This document shows positions 10,916 through 21,592 of a stretch of DNA of 64,000 bases, piece after piece. Below the pieces are notes generated by a model. The model made no database searches. It saw only the letters and a list, made by a program, of their open reading frames with translations, and was not told the origin of the DNA. Each line of letters begins with the position of its first letter. The first letter of the stretch is position 1. The position numbers were made by a program, and so were the translations under genes. This DNA is from Verrucomicrobiota bacterium. GTDB taxonomy: Bacteria; Verrucomicrobiota; Verrucomicrobiia; CAIQCK01. The stretch spans positions 228,765 to 292,764 of the forward strand of contig JACRJX010000025.1 in the NCBI GenBank assembly GCA_016235595.1, in the 5' to 3' direction.

Positions 10916-11366
10916 CAATCTCCTCGAGCGCCTTGCGGCAATACCACTTCACAGCCCCGGACATGGGCGGCTGGAGTGTGTCGAGATCGGTGGTCGAACA
11001 CCAGCGGATGTCGTGGTGCTCGGCGGCAGCGAGCTTGAGCTGGCCATTGCGAGGCCGCGCCCAGTAAAGCATGCCAACGTGCTCATGGGTGTCGTTGATG
11101 CGGTGAATGTCGAGGAAGCGCGGGGCGATCAGCGCACGGCTGCCCTTCTCGGTCGTCGGCGGCCGGTTGCCGAGAAGTTCCACGTCCAGACCGCTTTCCT
11201 CCTTTGCCTCGCGCAGCGCGGCGGCTTCAGGATCTTCGTCCAATTCGATGTGCCCGCCGAGCGGCAACCACCGATCAAGGTTGCGGTGATGCACGAGCAA
11301 CAACTTGCGCCCGTGGACGACGAAAATCGCCACGGTGAAATCTATCTTTTCGTGTATGTGCGCCAT
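10908..11366 (-). CDS. NUDIX hydrolase
   Basis: Nudix box GGHIELDEDPEAAALREAKEESG. Confidence 0.92.
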   Translation of the reverse strand: MAHIHEKIDFTVAIFVVHGRKLLLVHHRNLDRWLPLGGHIELDEDPEAAALREAKEESGLDVELLGNRPPTTEKGSRALIAPRFLDIHRINDTHEHVGMLYWARPRNGQLKLAAAEHHDIRWCSTTDLDTLQPPMSGAVKWYCRKALEEIDG

Positions 11367-11425
11367 ACGAGACGAGTGTGGAGGGTAAAAGCCGAATAGT
11401 GAACTGCAAAAGCGCGCCGTCAGAT

Positions 11426-12652
11426 TCACATGCGGGGCGGCATCAAAGGCGTTCCCCACGACCTCAGACGGAGGAGCTTGGCCTTTGCTGCCGCTTTTTG
11501 CCCGAAGATTGCGTTGGGATATTTCTTTGCGCACGACTCGTAACGTTTCGCGAGAGCCTTGAGGTCGCTTGAGTCGCCTCCGATCACTGCTTGCGCCAGC
11601 GCCAGAGACTCGTCGGCTTCGATGGACTCGTATTCCGTCCTGGCATCACTCTCCCCGCGAACGTCCGTCGCCGCCGACAATGCCCTCAACATCGCCTCGA
11701 TCCTGGCCGGGCGATCCTTGAAGACAGACACGCCTCCGCCAGACGGTTCCCCGATCACGGATTGAAGGCGCTTCAGTTCAACATAACGCTCAAACCTGCT
11801 TGCAAACTTCACGTTGCGAACGTCGAGGGCCTCGTCCATGCGGGCGTTCAGGAATGCCGCACCGTCGCCGGAGGTATTGAGCTTCTTCAATCCATTCAGT
11901 TCGCAAAAGTCGAGGGCGTCCTCCATCCGGTCAGCCGGCGCCCATTCGTGGCCTCCGTTGAAAGTGGCAAATCGGTGAAGTGTGTGACGCGGCAGTTCCC
12001 GTTCGAGCACCCCCATCTCGAGGCGGTTTGGATCTCCGACGCCAAAGATTCCATAGACGCAGATGTCCTTCTGCTCTATCGCGGCCATGCGGTAGCGGCC
12101 CGTCGCGGGGTCTTGAATGAAGCCCGCGCCTTGCAGGATCAGGCCGGCAAAACCGGGGCGGAGACCGACGTTCAGGCTCTGGACTCTGGCCCCGCCGGAA
12201 AGCCCGGTGGCGAACTTCATGCCTTCCTGAATCCTGAAGCGTTTCGCAGCGTCGTCGTGCGCGGCGACGAAGTTGCCCGACGGGACGCCGTCCTCGGCGT
12301 CGTTGCGCGACTCGACGAGCATGATGACGATCCAGCGCCGCTTGTCCATGGCTCCGGCGATGTTCTTCATTCCTGCGTTACCGCCGGGAGCCGCCACGAA
12401 CATCGCGGGAAACCGCCTCTGCGCACTCGCATAGTAACCCTTCGGCAACAGAACGTGGTAGTGGTAAGACCCCGGCTTGATGCGGGTCTTCAAGTCGCCA
12501 TCGCCCACGGGAAGCTCCTGAATGTTGATTGAGCACCTGATCTTGCAGACAATTCCTTCCGGAATTGCGGAGTTGAGCGGCGTGTCAGCCGCGTCTGCGC
12601 CGCCGTGGAGCTGCAAAGTCAATATCAATGCGCAGGCGCAGCGGAGTCTCAT
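11426..12652 (-). CDS. Secreted alpha/beta-hydrolase (esterase-like) with helical C-terminal domain
   Basis: Signal-like N-terminus; GLSGG nucleophile elbow, GVGD and GGHEW triad candidates. Confidence 0.7.
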   Translation of the reverse strand: MRLRCACALILTLQLHGGADAADTPLNSAIPEGIVCKIRCSINIQELPVGDGDLKTRIKPGSYHYHVLLPKGYYASAQRRFPAMFVAAPGGNAGMKNIAGAMDKRRWIVIMLVESRNDAEDGVPSGNFVAAHDDAAKRFRIQEGMKFATGLSGGARVQSLNVGLRPGFAGLILQGAGFIQDPATGRYRMAAIEQKDICVYGIFGVGDPNRLEMGVLERELPRHTLHRFATFNGGHEWAPADRMEDALDFCELNGLKKLNTSGDGAAFLNARMDEALDVRNVKFASRFERYVELKRLQSVIGEPSGGGVSVFKDRPARIEAMLRALSAATDVRGESDARTEYESIEADESLALAQAVIGGDSSDLKALAKRYESCAKKYPNAIFGQKAAAKAKLLRLRSWGTPLMPPRM

Positions 12653-12754
12653 CGGAGCAGCAGTGTACCCGCCACCGCCCGCGCCACAAACAGAAAATCC
12701 CGGCGCACCTTCCCTCCAAAAACACTGCCAGACACGCAAGAACCCACGAGGGTC

Positions 12755-14077
12755 TTATGTGGGAGAGGATTGGTGACGCGCCAGCCGATTGCTGGCCAGC
12801 CACAATGGCAATCCCAGTGCCAGCAAGCCGCACGAGACGAGCGCGATCCAGGGTTTGTAAACGACGGCACTGTAGATCAGAAACGCGCACACGCCGGCAA
12901 ACACCAATGGCGTCAGCGGGTAACCGAGCATTCGATAGGGACGTTCCACATGTGGCTCTTTGAAACGCAGCACGATCACCGCCAGCGTTGAGCCGAGGTA
13001 GAACGAATACACCGTCGCCGCCGTGTAAAGGACCGCGTCCACAAACGAACCGAGCACGATGATGAGCGTCACGGTAATCGCGCCCTGCAGCAGCAGCGCC
13101 GCTGCCGGCGTGCCGAAACGCGCATGCCATCGCCCCACAAACCGGAACAGTGGATGATCCGCGCCGACGGCATAGGAAATCCGCGCGCCGGTGAAGATGA
13201 GGCCGTTGACCGCGCCGAGCGCCGACACACAGATCAACGCGCTGACCAACCCGCCTGCCACCCGCGGCAGCGCGACGCTCACTGCGTCGGCAGCCACCGC
13301 TTTCGAACCGGTCAATCCCTCGTAGCCCAACGCGTAAAGGAAAGCGCCGTTAACGGCCAAATAGAGGCCCATCACCGCGCCCATGCCCAGCACCAAGGCG
13401 CGCACGATGTTACGGCGCGGGTTGCGCACCTCGGCCGCGACGTAGGCCATTTCGTTCCAGCCGCCATAGGTAAACAACACGAAGATCAGCGCCAGACTGT
13501 AGGGCAACTGCCCCGCCGTCTCCGCGCGCGGCGGCTGCGGCGGCGCAAGGAAAGCCGCGCCCACGATTGCCAGCAACCCGAGGGCTTTCACGCTGGTCAA
13601 CAGGTTCTGCGTCCACTTGCCTTCGCGGACACCCACCACGTTGATGAAGGTAAAAGCCACCGTCGCCAGCACAGCATAGCATTGCTGCCCGTAGGGGAAC
13701 GCGCTGCCCGCCAGCGGGTCCCATACCGCGCAGGCGTAGGTCGCAAAGGCAAACGCCATCACTGCGATGTCGCCCGGCCGCACGATGGCCATCTGCGCCC
13801 AGCCAAACAAGAAGCCCGCCCATTTTCCATACGCACGGCCGAGGTAAACGTAATCGCCGCCCTCGTGCGGGTAAGCCGTCGCCAGTTCGGCGTAGCCGAG
13901 CGCGCCACAGAGCGAAAGCAAACCGCCCAGCACCCAGATGCCAAGCACGCCCCACGCGCTGCCCGCCCCCCTGGCAATGTCGGGGGCCATCTGGTAGATG
14001 CCGGCGCCAATGATGATGCCAACGATCAGACAGGTGGAGTCGAACAACGACAGTTGCGGCGTTGGCTTCTGTGTCAT
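12755..14077 (-). CDS. APC-family amino acid permease
   Basis: GIIIGAGIY, YAELATAYPHEGGDYVY, FTYGGWN, ERPYRMLGYP. Confidence 0.93.
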   Translation of the reverse strand: MTQKPTPQLSLFDSTCLIVGIIIGAGIYQMAPDIARGAGSAWGVLGIWVLGGLLSLCGALGYAELATAYPHEGGDYVYLGRAYGKWAGFLFGWAQMAIVRPGDIAVMAFAFATYACAVWDPLAGSAFPYGQQCYAVLATVAFTFINVVGVREGKWTQNLLTSVKALGLLAIVGAAFLAPPQPPRAETAGQLPYSLALIFVLFTYGGWNEMAYVAAEVRNPRRNIVRALVLGMGAVMGLYLAVNGAFLYALGYEGLTGSKAVAADAVSVALPRVAGGLVSALICVSALGAVNGLIFTGARISYAVGADHPLFRFVGRWHARFGTPAAALLLQGAITVTLIIVLGSFVDAVLYTAATVYSFYLGSTLAVIVLRFKEPHVERPYRMLGYPLTPLVFAGVCAFLIYSAVVYKPWIALVSCGLLALGLPLWLASNRLARHQSSPT

Positions 14078-14085
14078 GCCGCAGC

Positions 14086-15021
14086 CTACCGTTTCTTCAA
14101 CGTCACGCCAATGCCGGAAGTCTCCATATCCAGAAACAACGTTTCCAGTTCCGGGTTGGTGGTGATGGCCTTGACGAAACGCGCGTCGGCCTGCCGCTGG
14201 TTCATGTTGTGAGCCACAATCAAACCGCCCGGCCGGACCAACGGCAGCAGCTTGTTCAGATAATCGAGGTAACCTTCCTTGTCGGCGTCGAGGAACAGCA
14301 GATCAATCGGCCCCTTGAGCTTCTTGACCTCCTCGTGCGCGTCGCCTTCGACGAGCGTGACGATGTCCTCGACACCCGCGCGTTTGAAATTCTCGCGGGC
14401 CTTCGCCGCGCGGCCGGCGTCAATTTCGTAGGTCGTCAGCTTGCCGCCGGTTTGCTCCAGCGCCATCGCGAACCAAACCGCCGAGTAGCCAATCGAGGTG
14501 CCGATCTCAACAACGTGCTTGGCGCCAATCGATTCAGCCAGCACTCGCAGAATGCGGCCGTCGTCGTCAGGCACGCTCATGCTGCCGCGGCGCTGGTTCT
14601 GGCTCATGTCGGCCAGCACGGCGAGGATTTTCTTTTCCGTGTCGGATTTCGGCTGAACCTTGCTGGCGAACGAAGTGCCGCCTTCGCGGCCGGATCGTCC
14701 CTGGGGTCCGCCAAAGCCGCCTCCCGACGGCGGCATGCCCGGTCCGCCGCCCGGACGCAGTTCGTCGGCAGTCAGCTTTCCGTCCTTGTTCGCGTCGAGC
14801 GATTTCAGAGTCTCAGCAGCCTTGGCCATTTCCGCGGCATCAAGCGTGCCATCGCCGTTGAGGTCAAACGTGCGCAACAATGGCGACATAAACTGAGGTG
14901 GTCCACCACGCCCGGGACCGGTGCGTTCGCCACGCGGCGCATCCGAGGGCCCCTGCGCATACGTGACAACGCCCAGCGCTGCTACTGTGAACGTTATGAT
15001 GGCTTTGTTCGCAATCTGCAT
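14086..15021 (-). CDS. Signal peptide + EF-hand pair + class I SAM-dependent O-methyltransferase (CCoAOMT/COMT-like)
   Basis: DLNGDGTLDAAE and DANKDGKLTADE EF loops; VEIGTSIGYS, FLDADKEGY, RPGGLIVAHN. Confidence 0.88.
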   Translation of the reverse strand: MQIANKAIITFTVAALGVVTYAQGPSDAPRGERTGPGRGGPPQFMSPLLRTFDLNGDGTLDAAEMAKAAETLKSLDANKDGKLTADELRPGGGPGMPPSGGGFGGPQGRSGREGGTSFASKVQPKSDTEKKILAVLADMSQNQRRGSMSVPDDDGRILRVLAESIGAKHVVEIGTSIGYSAVWFAMALEQTGGKLTTYEIDAGRAAKARENFKRAGVEDIVTLVEGDAHEEVKKLKGPIDLLFLDADKEGYLDYLNKLLPLVRPGGLIVAHNMNQRQADARFVKAITTNPELETLFLDMETSGIGVTLKKR

Positions 15022-15283
15022 TCTCATTTCACACTCCAATTCAAAGGTTACAGGACTCGATCACCTTCTAGAACGACACGGACGTTCGTTTATTGGCGCT
15101 CGGGCATGGGAAAAACACGCGAGAGTTTGCTGGCAGAGGTTCATGCAGGCATGACAGGTCCGTTTCATGAACCTGTTAGTCCCTGCTGTTTCGGAAACAG
15201 CGGGACAAGCCTTATGAGCGCCGGCCGATATAGTGGGCTGAGAGAACCAAACACGATCATCGTGCGCACCACTCTCCCCGCTG

Positions 15284-16768
15284 TCACCGGGAATCGCGGT
15301 TTTTCTCCTCAAGATACTCGCTCTCTTCGTGGACAAACCAAAGGTCGTGCTCTTCGCCAACCAGATTGCGCGCGGCCAGAATCCCCGTGAGCACGGCATG
15401 ATCCTGGTTGCCATACTTGAACAACCCTCCCCGTCCAATCATCTGCACGTTGACCAGGCTGCCGACGTAGTTCCTGACCGTCTCGAGATGCGATTCGTAG
15501 CCTACGTAGTACGCCGGATAGGCATCCTTCTCCCGCACCACAAAGCCATCCCTCACGTTCTCGGCGCGAATCACGCCAATGCTCTTCAACTCGTCCACAG
15601 CCAGTTGAATGAGCAGGTCATCGCGCATCTTCCACAAGTCGTCGTCGCGAAAGCAAAAGTACTCGACCGTCAATCCGTGCGCATCGGCATCGGGCGTCAT
15701 ATCGCGGGTGAAGTTGGCGTAGTTGGTGATCCGCGCCGTCCGCACTTTTTCCGAATGCACGTAGATCCAGTTATCCGGAAACGGCCGCGGCCCAAAATAA
15801 GTGAGGTTCACCGTGATGTGATCGCGATACTTCAACCGTTGGGCAGCAGCGAGAACCTCCGGTGGCGGTCGCACACTCAGTTTGGTGACGAACTCCGTGA
15901 TGGGGATGCTCGAGAGAAGATAGCCGTCAGGCTCCACCTCAAGGCTCTGTCCATCCGCGCAACGAATGCCCGTCACCCTGTTGCCGCTGACATGGATTTC
16001 TTCAACCGTGCGTTCCAAGAAAACATGACTGCCCGCCGAACGAACCCGATCCGCCATCTTCTCGTAAAGCATGCCGGCGCCCAGCCGCGGGTAGTGAAAC
16101 TGGTCTGTGAGTGTGCGAACCTGATCCCGGTTCCCAAGAAACGCGCTTTTCGCCGCCCGCCAGAGATTCAAGCCGCGAATTCGCTGTGCCGCCCATTGTG
16201 CGGCAATTTTCGAACAGGGAATGCCCCATACTTTTTCCGTATAGGTCTTGAAGAACGCGTCGTAGAGCTGCCAGCCGAAGTGAAACGTGATCCATTCCTC
16301 AAACGAACGCGCCTCCCGGCGCCGGTATGCCATCCGCGCGTAAAGATAGCTCCCAAAGGCCATGATCGATCGCGCAATGCCCAGTCCAACCAAAGCATCA
16401 AGCGGTTTCAGGGGATAGTGAAAGAAACGCTGTCCGTAATAGATGCGCGTCAGACGCTGCACGGGAACAAACTCCGATCCCAACACCTCGCGCCAAAGCT
16501 GGTTCACCCGTTCTTCCTTCGTGAAGAAACGATGCGGGCCAATATCGAAACGAAACCCCTTGAACTCCAGAGTCCGCGCCAAACCTCCCACCCGCTTGTT
16601 CTTATCCACAAGTGTGCATGGTGTTTGATGCCGCGCAAGCTCGTAGGCCGCCCCCAATCCCGCCGGCCCTGCGCCGAGAATCACCACATGTTTGGGCGGA
16701 CGAAAGCTGGAACTGACAGGAACAACCTGCACCGCCGACCCTTTGTATGCCTTGGCTTCCGCGATCAT
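15284..16768 (-). CDS. FAD-dependent oxidoreductase (protoporphyrinogen oxidase / UDP-galactopyranose mutase-like)
   Basis: GAGPAG dinucleotide fold, VGGLART, DIGPHRFF, YTEKVWG, GRGGLFKYGNQDH. Confidence 0.85.
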   Translation of the reverse strand: MIAEAKAYKGSAVQVVPVSSSFRPPKHVVILGAGPAGLGAAYELARHQTPCTLVDKNKRVGGLARTLEFKGFRFDIGPHRFFTKEERVNQLWREVLGSEFVPVQRLTRIYYGQRFFHYPLKPLDALVGLGIARSIMAFGSYLYARMAYRRREARSFEEWITFHFGWQLYDAFFKTYTEKVWGIPCSKIAAQWAAQRIRGLNLWRAAKSAFLGNRDQVRTLTDQFHYPRLGAGMLYEKMADRVRSAGSHVFLERTVEEIHVSGNRVTGIRCADGQSLEVEPDGYLLSSIPITEFVTKLSVRPPPEVLAAAQRLKYRDHITVNLTYFGPRPFPDNWIYVHSEKVRTARITNYANFTRDMTPDADAHGLTVEYFCFRDDDLWKMRDDLLIQLAVDELKSIGVIRAENVRDGFVVREKDAYPAYYVGYESHLETVRNYVGSLVNVQMIGRGGLFKYGNQDHAVLTGILAARNLVGEEHDLWFVHEESEYLEEKNRDSR

Positions 16769-16914
16769 CCTGGTCCGGCCAGCTTAAGACATGACTCTTT
16801 GCCTCGTCAATTTGCTTCGAGAAAACCGCAAACAAAGTTTCCTCGACGGAACAAAGTCCCTTCAGAGACACCATCAGGCCGAAAAACTCGACGTGGAAAA
16901 TAGAGGCAGGCGGA

Positions 16915-17847
16915 TCACTGCCTGAACCACTCGACGGTGCGACGGAGGCCCTCGGTCAGTTCAACGCGCGGAGTGCCGTCGAGAAGGCGGTGGGCTTTGG
17001 TGATGTCGGCCAGAGAATGCAACACGTCGCCCGGCCGTGGTGGCGCGTAGGCGGGAGTGATGGCGGTGCCGAGAATGCTATTGATGGTAGTGATGAGTTC
17101 GTTGACGCTGATGCGCCGTCCGCCGGCAATATTGAAGGTCTGGCCGACGGCTTCAGGGGCAGCACTCGCAGCGGCGAGGTTGGCGTCCACGATGTTGGCG
17201 ACGTAGGTGAAGTCGCGCGTCTGCAAACCGTCACCAAAGACGGTGGGTGCCCGGCCGGCGAGCAGGCTGGTGATGAACTTGGGGATGGCGGCGGCGTATT
17301 CAGACTGCGGATCCTGACGCGGGCCATAGACGTTGAAGTAGCGGAGGCAGAGGGTCTGGAGGCCGTACGTGCGTGTAAACAACGCGCAATATTGTTCGCC
17401 AATCAGCTTGTGCAGGCCGTAGGGAGAAATGGGCGTCGGGGTCATGTCCTCGCGTTTCGGCAGGGTCGGCGAGTCACCGTAGACGGCGGAAGAACTGGTG
17501 AAGACAAGGCGCTGGACATGAGCGTCTCGCGCCGCGAGAAGAACATTGAGAGTGCCGTTGACGTTAACGTCGTGAGACGTCAGCGGATCAGCGACAGACT
17601 TGGGCACGCTCGGCATCGCGGCAAGGTGGAAAACAACGCGGACGCCAGCCATGGCGCGGGCGACAGCGGCGCGGTCGCGGATGTCGTCGCGGATGATCTC
17701 GGCGCGGTCACCCCATGGGCGGAGGTTGGCCTCACGGCCGCTGGAGAAGTTGTCGAGGATGCGGACGGACTTGCCGTCGCGCACAAGGCGCTCGGCGAGG
17801 TGTCCGCCAATGAAGCCGGCGCCGCCGGTAACGAGATATTCAGGCAT
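16915..17847 (-). CDS. NAD-dependent nucleotide-sugar epimerase (WbpP-like extended SDR)
   Basis: TGGAGFIG, SSSAVYG, YGLHK, RYFNVYGPRQDP. Confidence 0.92.
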   Translation of the reverse strand: MPEYLVTGGAGFIGGHLAERLVRDGKSVRILDNFSSGREANLRPWGDRAEIIRDDIRDRAAVARAMAGVRVVFHLAAMPSVPKSVADPLTSHDVNVNGTLNVLLAARDAHVQRLVFTSSSAVYGDSPTLPKREDMTPTPISPYGLHKLIGEQYCALFTRTYGLQTLCLRYFNVYGPRQDPQSEYAAAIPKFITSLLAGRAPTVFGDGLQTRDFTYVANIVDANLAAASAAPEAVGQTFNIAGGRRISVNELITTINSILGTAITPAYAPPRPGDVLHSLADITKAHRLLDGTPRVELTEGLRRTVEWFRQ

Positions 17848-17862
17848 GGGAAATATGAAGCG

Positions 17863-19152
17863 TCAACGGCCGACGCTGAGGTAGGTGAAGCCGAGATTTT
17901 TCATCGTCATCGGGTCGAGGAGATTGCGACCGTCAAACAAGGTCGGATGCGCCATCAGCGGCTTGATCCTGCCGAAGTCGAGTTCCTTGAACTCGTCCCA
18001 TTCGGTGGCAATGATCATGGCGTCGGCGCCGCGCACGGCTTCGTAGGGATCAGCGCAGAGCGTGACGTTGGGCAGCAGAGGCCGCGCCTTCTCCATCGCC
18101 TGCGGATCGTAGGCGCGGATGTGAGCGCCTTCCTTTTGGAGCGCAAGAACGAGATCCACCGCCGGAGAACACCGCGCGTCGTCAGTGTTCGCTTTGAAGG
18201 CAAGGCCAAGGACGGCAATGACCTTGTCTTGCAGCACCCAGAGCGTGTCCTGAATGCGCTTGACGAAACGCTGAAGCTGGTTGGCATTGATGTTTTGGAC
18301 TTCCTTCAAGAGGCGGAAATCACAGCCCAGCTCCTGGGCAATAGCGATGAAGGCGGAGATGTCCTTGGGGAAGCAGGAACCGCCATAGCCGAGGCCCGCG
18401 TTGAGGAAGGCCCGGCCGATGCGCTTGTCCATGCCGATGCCGTCCACGACCTGCTGGATGTTGGCATGGCTGGCCTCGCAGAGCGCGGAGAGAGCGTTGG
18501 CGTAGGAAATCTTGAGGGCAAGGAAGGAGTTGGAGGCGTGCTTGATGAGTTCGGCGGAATTGATATCGGTCACGATGATGGGCGCGTTGAACGGGGCGTA
18601 CACCTCCTGCATGGTGGCCACGGGACGCTGGCTGGCAACGCCGATGACAATGCGCTCCGGCTTCATCTGGTCCTCGACGGCGCAGCCTTCGCGCATGAAC
18701 TCCGGGTTGCTGATGACGTCGAAATCCACGCCGGCCTTGTTGTAACGTTTGATGCTCTCGGCAACCTTGAAGCCGGTTTTAACCGGAACAGTGCTCTTGT
18801 CCACGATGATCCGATATTCGGTCATCGCGCTGGCCACGTCGCGCGCCACGCGCTCGACAAAGCGCATGTCCACCGAGCCGTCGGCACGCGGCGGCGTGGG
18901 CACGCCAATGAAAACGACATGGCCATGGCGCACACCTTCAGCCGTGTCGGTGGTGAAACGAAGGCGGCCTGCGGCAACGTTGCTGCGGATGAGCGGTTCC
19001 AAGCCGGGTTCGTAGATGGGAATCTGGCCCGCTTGCAGCATGGCGATCTTGGCGGGATCGTTGTCCACACAAAGAACGTCGTGCCCTTTTTCGGCAAGAC
19101 AGGTGCCGGTGACGAGTCCGACATAACCAGTGCCAATGATGGTGAGTTTCAT
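17863..19152 (-). CDS. ugd: UDP-glucose 6-dehydrogenase
   Basis: GTGYVG, KSTVP, SNPEF, GYGGSCFPKD, GLAFK. Confidence 0.95.
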   Translation of the reverse strand: MKLTIIGTGYVGLVTGTCLAEKGHDVLCVDNDPAKIAMLQAGQIPIYEPGLEPLIRSNVAAGRLRFTTDTAEGVRHGHVVFIGVPTPPRADGSVDMRFVERVARDVASAMTEYRIIVDKSTVPVKTGFKVAESIKRYNKAGVDFDVISNPEFMREGCAVEDQMKPERIVIGVASQRPVATMQEVYAPFNAPIIVTDINSAELIKHASNSFLALKISYANALSALCEASHANIQQVVDGIGMDKRIGRAFLNAGLGYGGSCFPKDISAFIAIAQELGCDFRLLKEVQNINANQLQRFVKRIQDTLWVLQDKVIAVLGLAFKANTDDARCSPAVDLVLALQKEGAHIRAYDPQAMEKARPLLPNVTLCADPYEAVRGADAMIIATEWDEFKELDFGRIKPLMAHPTLFDGRNLLDPMTMKNLGFTYLSVGR

Positions 19153-19192
19153 ACGTCGAGTCGTGTTGAGGGTTTGGATTTAAAAAGTCGGG

Positions 19193-21592
19193 TTACTGGC
19201 CGGCGCGAAGCCGCATCGCCGGCAACGCCTTCAAGGCACAGGCGAGGTAGACGTTATACTCGGTGGCGCCGTTGCCGAATTCCTGGTTGCTAAGGTTCAG
19301 CGACACCTCCCAGTCATGGAAGTCGCGGATGATGGAATACTCCTGCATATAGGCGCGGTCGGCGGCCGTGTCTATGGCATACATGGCTCGGATGGCCCAG
19401 TTCTCCGTAATCGCCACGTGGGCAATCATACTGTAGAAATCGCTGTTACCCCCGAAAATGCCGTCCACGTCGTCAATATACCGCCGGGAGAAGGCAATCT
19501 CCCACTTGCGCTCCTTGATAAACCGGATGGTGGCATTGGCTTCCAGCAGGTCACCCTTGTCAGAAGTGCGACTGTCGAAATCAAGGACGAGCCATCTGAA
19601 CGGGCGCGCCTCCATCTCGCTATAGATATCACTGATGCTGCTTTGGTTCTTGTACGTCCCTGACGACGTCAAATATGGGTAACTCGTGCCGCGCCATTCA
19701 CCGTAAACGTTCACGTTGAGGAAATCCTCGCTTTGGCCATCGCGTTTGGTCTGCAACTTGTTGCGAACGCCTGCGCGGACGGTTTGCATGCGATCAATCG
19801 CGTCAATCTGGTCGTTGGCCGGGAAATCGTTGGGCAGCAGGCGCGTGGTGGCGAGGTTGCGATCGAAACGGCCGTTGCTGTCAAACTGGTAGAAGTTGAC
19901 CGGTCGGGTGTCCGGCGTCGGGATATACGCCCCGTCCACAACAGGCTGGATGATGTGCCGCAAGCCATGCACATCCCAAAAGGTGTCGTTCACATCATAG
20001 ACGCGCGACATCTTGAACGAGCTTTCGAGCCCCAGAGGGAACACCACGCGACCGTCCTGCGGGCCGCCATCGGTGAATCCCGGCGCAGGACTGCCAGCGA
20101 TCGTCCGGCTATACCACGTCTGGCGCACCCCGGCGCGGGGCGTCACTGACAGCCATCCGAAATACATCTGCGGATAGCTGATCTGATGCAGCCAGTCGAA
20201 CCGCGTGACGTTGTAGTCGTCCCGCGTCTGTGAGTATGGAATCAGTGGATTGATGAAGCTGTTGGAGTCGATGCTTGAGAAGTGCTTCTGGAGATGTGCA
20301 ATGGTGAGCGAGCCGTCGTAGTAGATCGGCGAGCCGAAGAGTTGCTGGCGCTTCACGTCAATGGCCACTTCCGGAAGCTGCTCGGTGGTGGTATAGACGC
20401 CACTCACCGGCGGCCGCACCCAGGCGGATATCATGTAACCGGGATCGTATTTCTCAATCTCAAGCGTGCTTTGCGGTTGCGCCTCATTCCTGAACTCGTC
20501 GCGGAAGAAATCCTCGATCACCCGCGAGTCGCTCTGTCTCTTGACGTTCGCCTTGAACGTGATGTCCTCACGCAACTTCGTCTGGTTCTGCCACGCCACG
20601 CGATAACGATCCTTCGGGACCGTCTCGTATGGATTCGTCCAGGACTGGCTGTTGGGCCGGAGGTCATGGGCGTAGTAAGTGATCAACTTGCCGGTGCCAA
20701 GTACCTTGTAGCGGTAATCCACATCCACGCCGCCCGCAAAGCCGCGTTTTGAGCGATAGTCGGCGTGATAGGCGCCCGAAAGATTCTCGTCAAGATACCA
20801 ATTGTAGGACGTCAGTAAGTAAGCGCCAAAACGGCTGTTCGAACCAGGCTCAAATTCAAAGGTCTGACGGTTGTTCTTCAGCGAACGGCTGATGTGAGGC
20901 AGGTAAAAAAGCGGCACGTCGTCCACCCGCAACGTCACGCTGCGCGCCACGACCTTGTCGCCCGGATAGAAATCCATGCTGCGCGCGCGCAACCCCCAGT
21001 GCGGCTGCGGATCGTCGCACGTCGTGACGAGACCGTTCTTGACGACATACTTCTCCCCCACCTTCTCAATTTTCTCCCCGTGAATAAAAAACGGGTAATT
21101 AAACGCGCGGCTCTTATCCAAAATCGTCTGGCCGGTGTCGAAATTGTAATAGAGGTGCTCGCAGATCCACTGCATCAAGCCCTGGTAGAGATGCACGTTG
21201 CCTTCCGCCCACATGTCGTGCGTGATGCTGTTGTAGCGGAGATGGTCGGCTGTCAACCGCAACGAGCCACGGGTCAGCACCACGTCTTTCTCGGCGTAGG
21301 CGATGTTTGTGGTCTGATCGAAGCGCAATGTACCGTCATCCGCGACCTCGATCTTGACCTCGGCTTTCAGATCCGGTTTCGCGAGCGGCGGCGTCTTCTC
21401 CGGCGGCGCCGCGGCAAAGCCGTGCGCCGCCAGCAATAATGCGGCGAGGCACCAACCTCGAACACTCCCTGTCAGGGGTGAAGCAAACACAGTGATGTTA
21501 CCTAGCAGAAGCCTTTTGTTGCTGGCAATAGAAAACCATCCGCGTCGTCGCAAACATCCGGCGCCCGTGCCATGCACCATTGCAGTCCTCAT
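19193..21592 (-). CDS. lptD: LPS assembly protein LptD
   Basis: OstA-like N-domain (LTADHLRYN, TTCDDPQPHW, PLFYLP), then beta-barrel with LRHIIQP and RNKLQTKR; start uncertain, ATGA overlap with yggS. Confidence 0.85.
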   Translation of the reverse strand: MRTAMVHGTGAGCLRRRGWFSIASNKRLLLGNITVFASPLTGSVRGWCLAALLLAAHGFAAAPPEKTPPLAKPDLKAEVKIEVADDGTLRFDQTTNIAYAEKDVVLTRGSLRLTADHLRYNSITHDMWAEGNVHLYQGLMQWICEHLYYNFDTGQTILDKSRAFNYPFFIHGEKIEKVGEKYVVKNGLVTTCDDPQPHWGLRARSMDFYPGDKVVARSVTLRVDDVPLFYLPHISRSLKNNRQTFEFEPGSNSRFGAYLLTSYNWYLDENLSGAYHADYRSKRGFAGGVDVDYRYKVLGTGKLITYYAHDLRPNSQSWTNPYETVPKDRYRVAWQNQTKLREDITFKANVKRQSDSRVIEDFFRDEFRNEAQPQSTLEIEKYDPGYMISAWVRPPVSGVYTTTEQLPEVAIDVKRQQLFGSPIYYDGSLTIAHLQKHFSSIDSNSFINPLIPYSQTRDDYNVTRFDWLHQISYPQMYFGWLSVTPRAGVRQTWYSRTIAGSPAPGFTDGGPQDGRVVFPLGLESSFKMSRVYDVNDTFWDVHGLRHIIQPVVDGAYIPTPDTRPVNFYQFDSNGRFDRNLATTRLLPNDFPANDQIDAIDRMQTVRAGVRNKLQTKRDGQSEDFLNVNVYGEWRGTSYPYLTSSGTYKNQSSISDIYSEMEARPFRWLVLDFDSRTSDKGDLLEANATIRFIKERKWEIAFSRRYIDDVDGIFGGNSDFYSMIAHVAITENWAIRAMYAIDTAADRAYMQEYSIIRDFHDWEVSLNLSNQEFGNGATEYNVYLACALKALPAMRLRAGQ

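Noticed and set aside
16990-19293. 767-aa plus-strand ORF (and similar long ORFs at 15329-16903, 33245-35077, 54312-56153)
   Set aside because: Antisense shadows of well-supported genes in high-GC DNA
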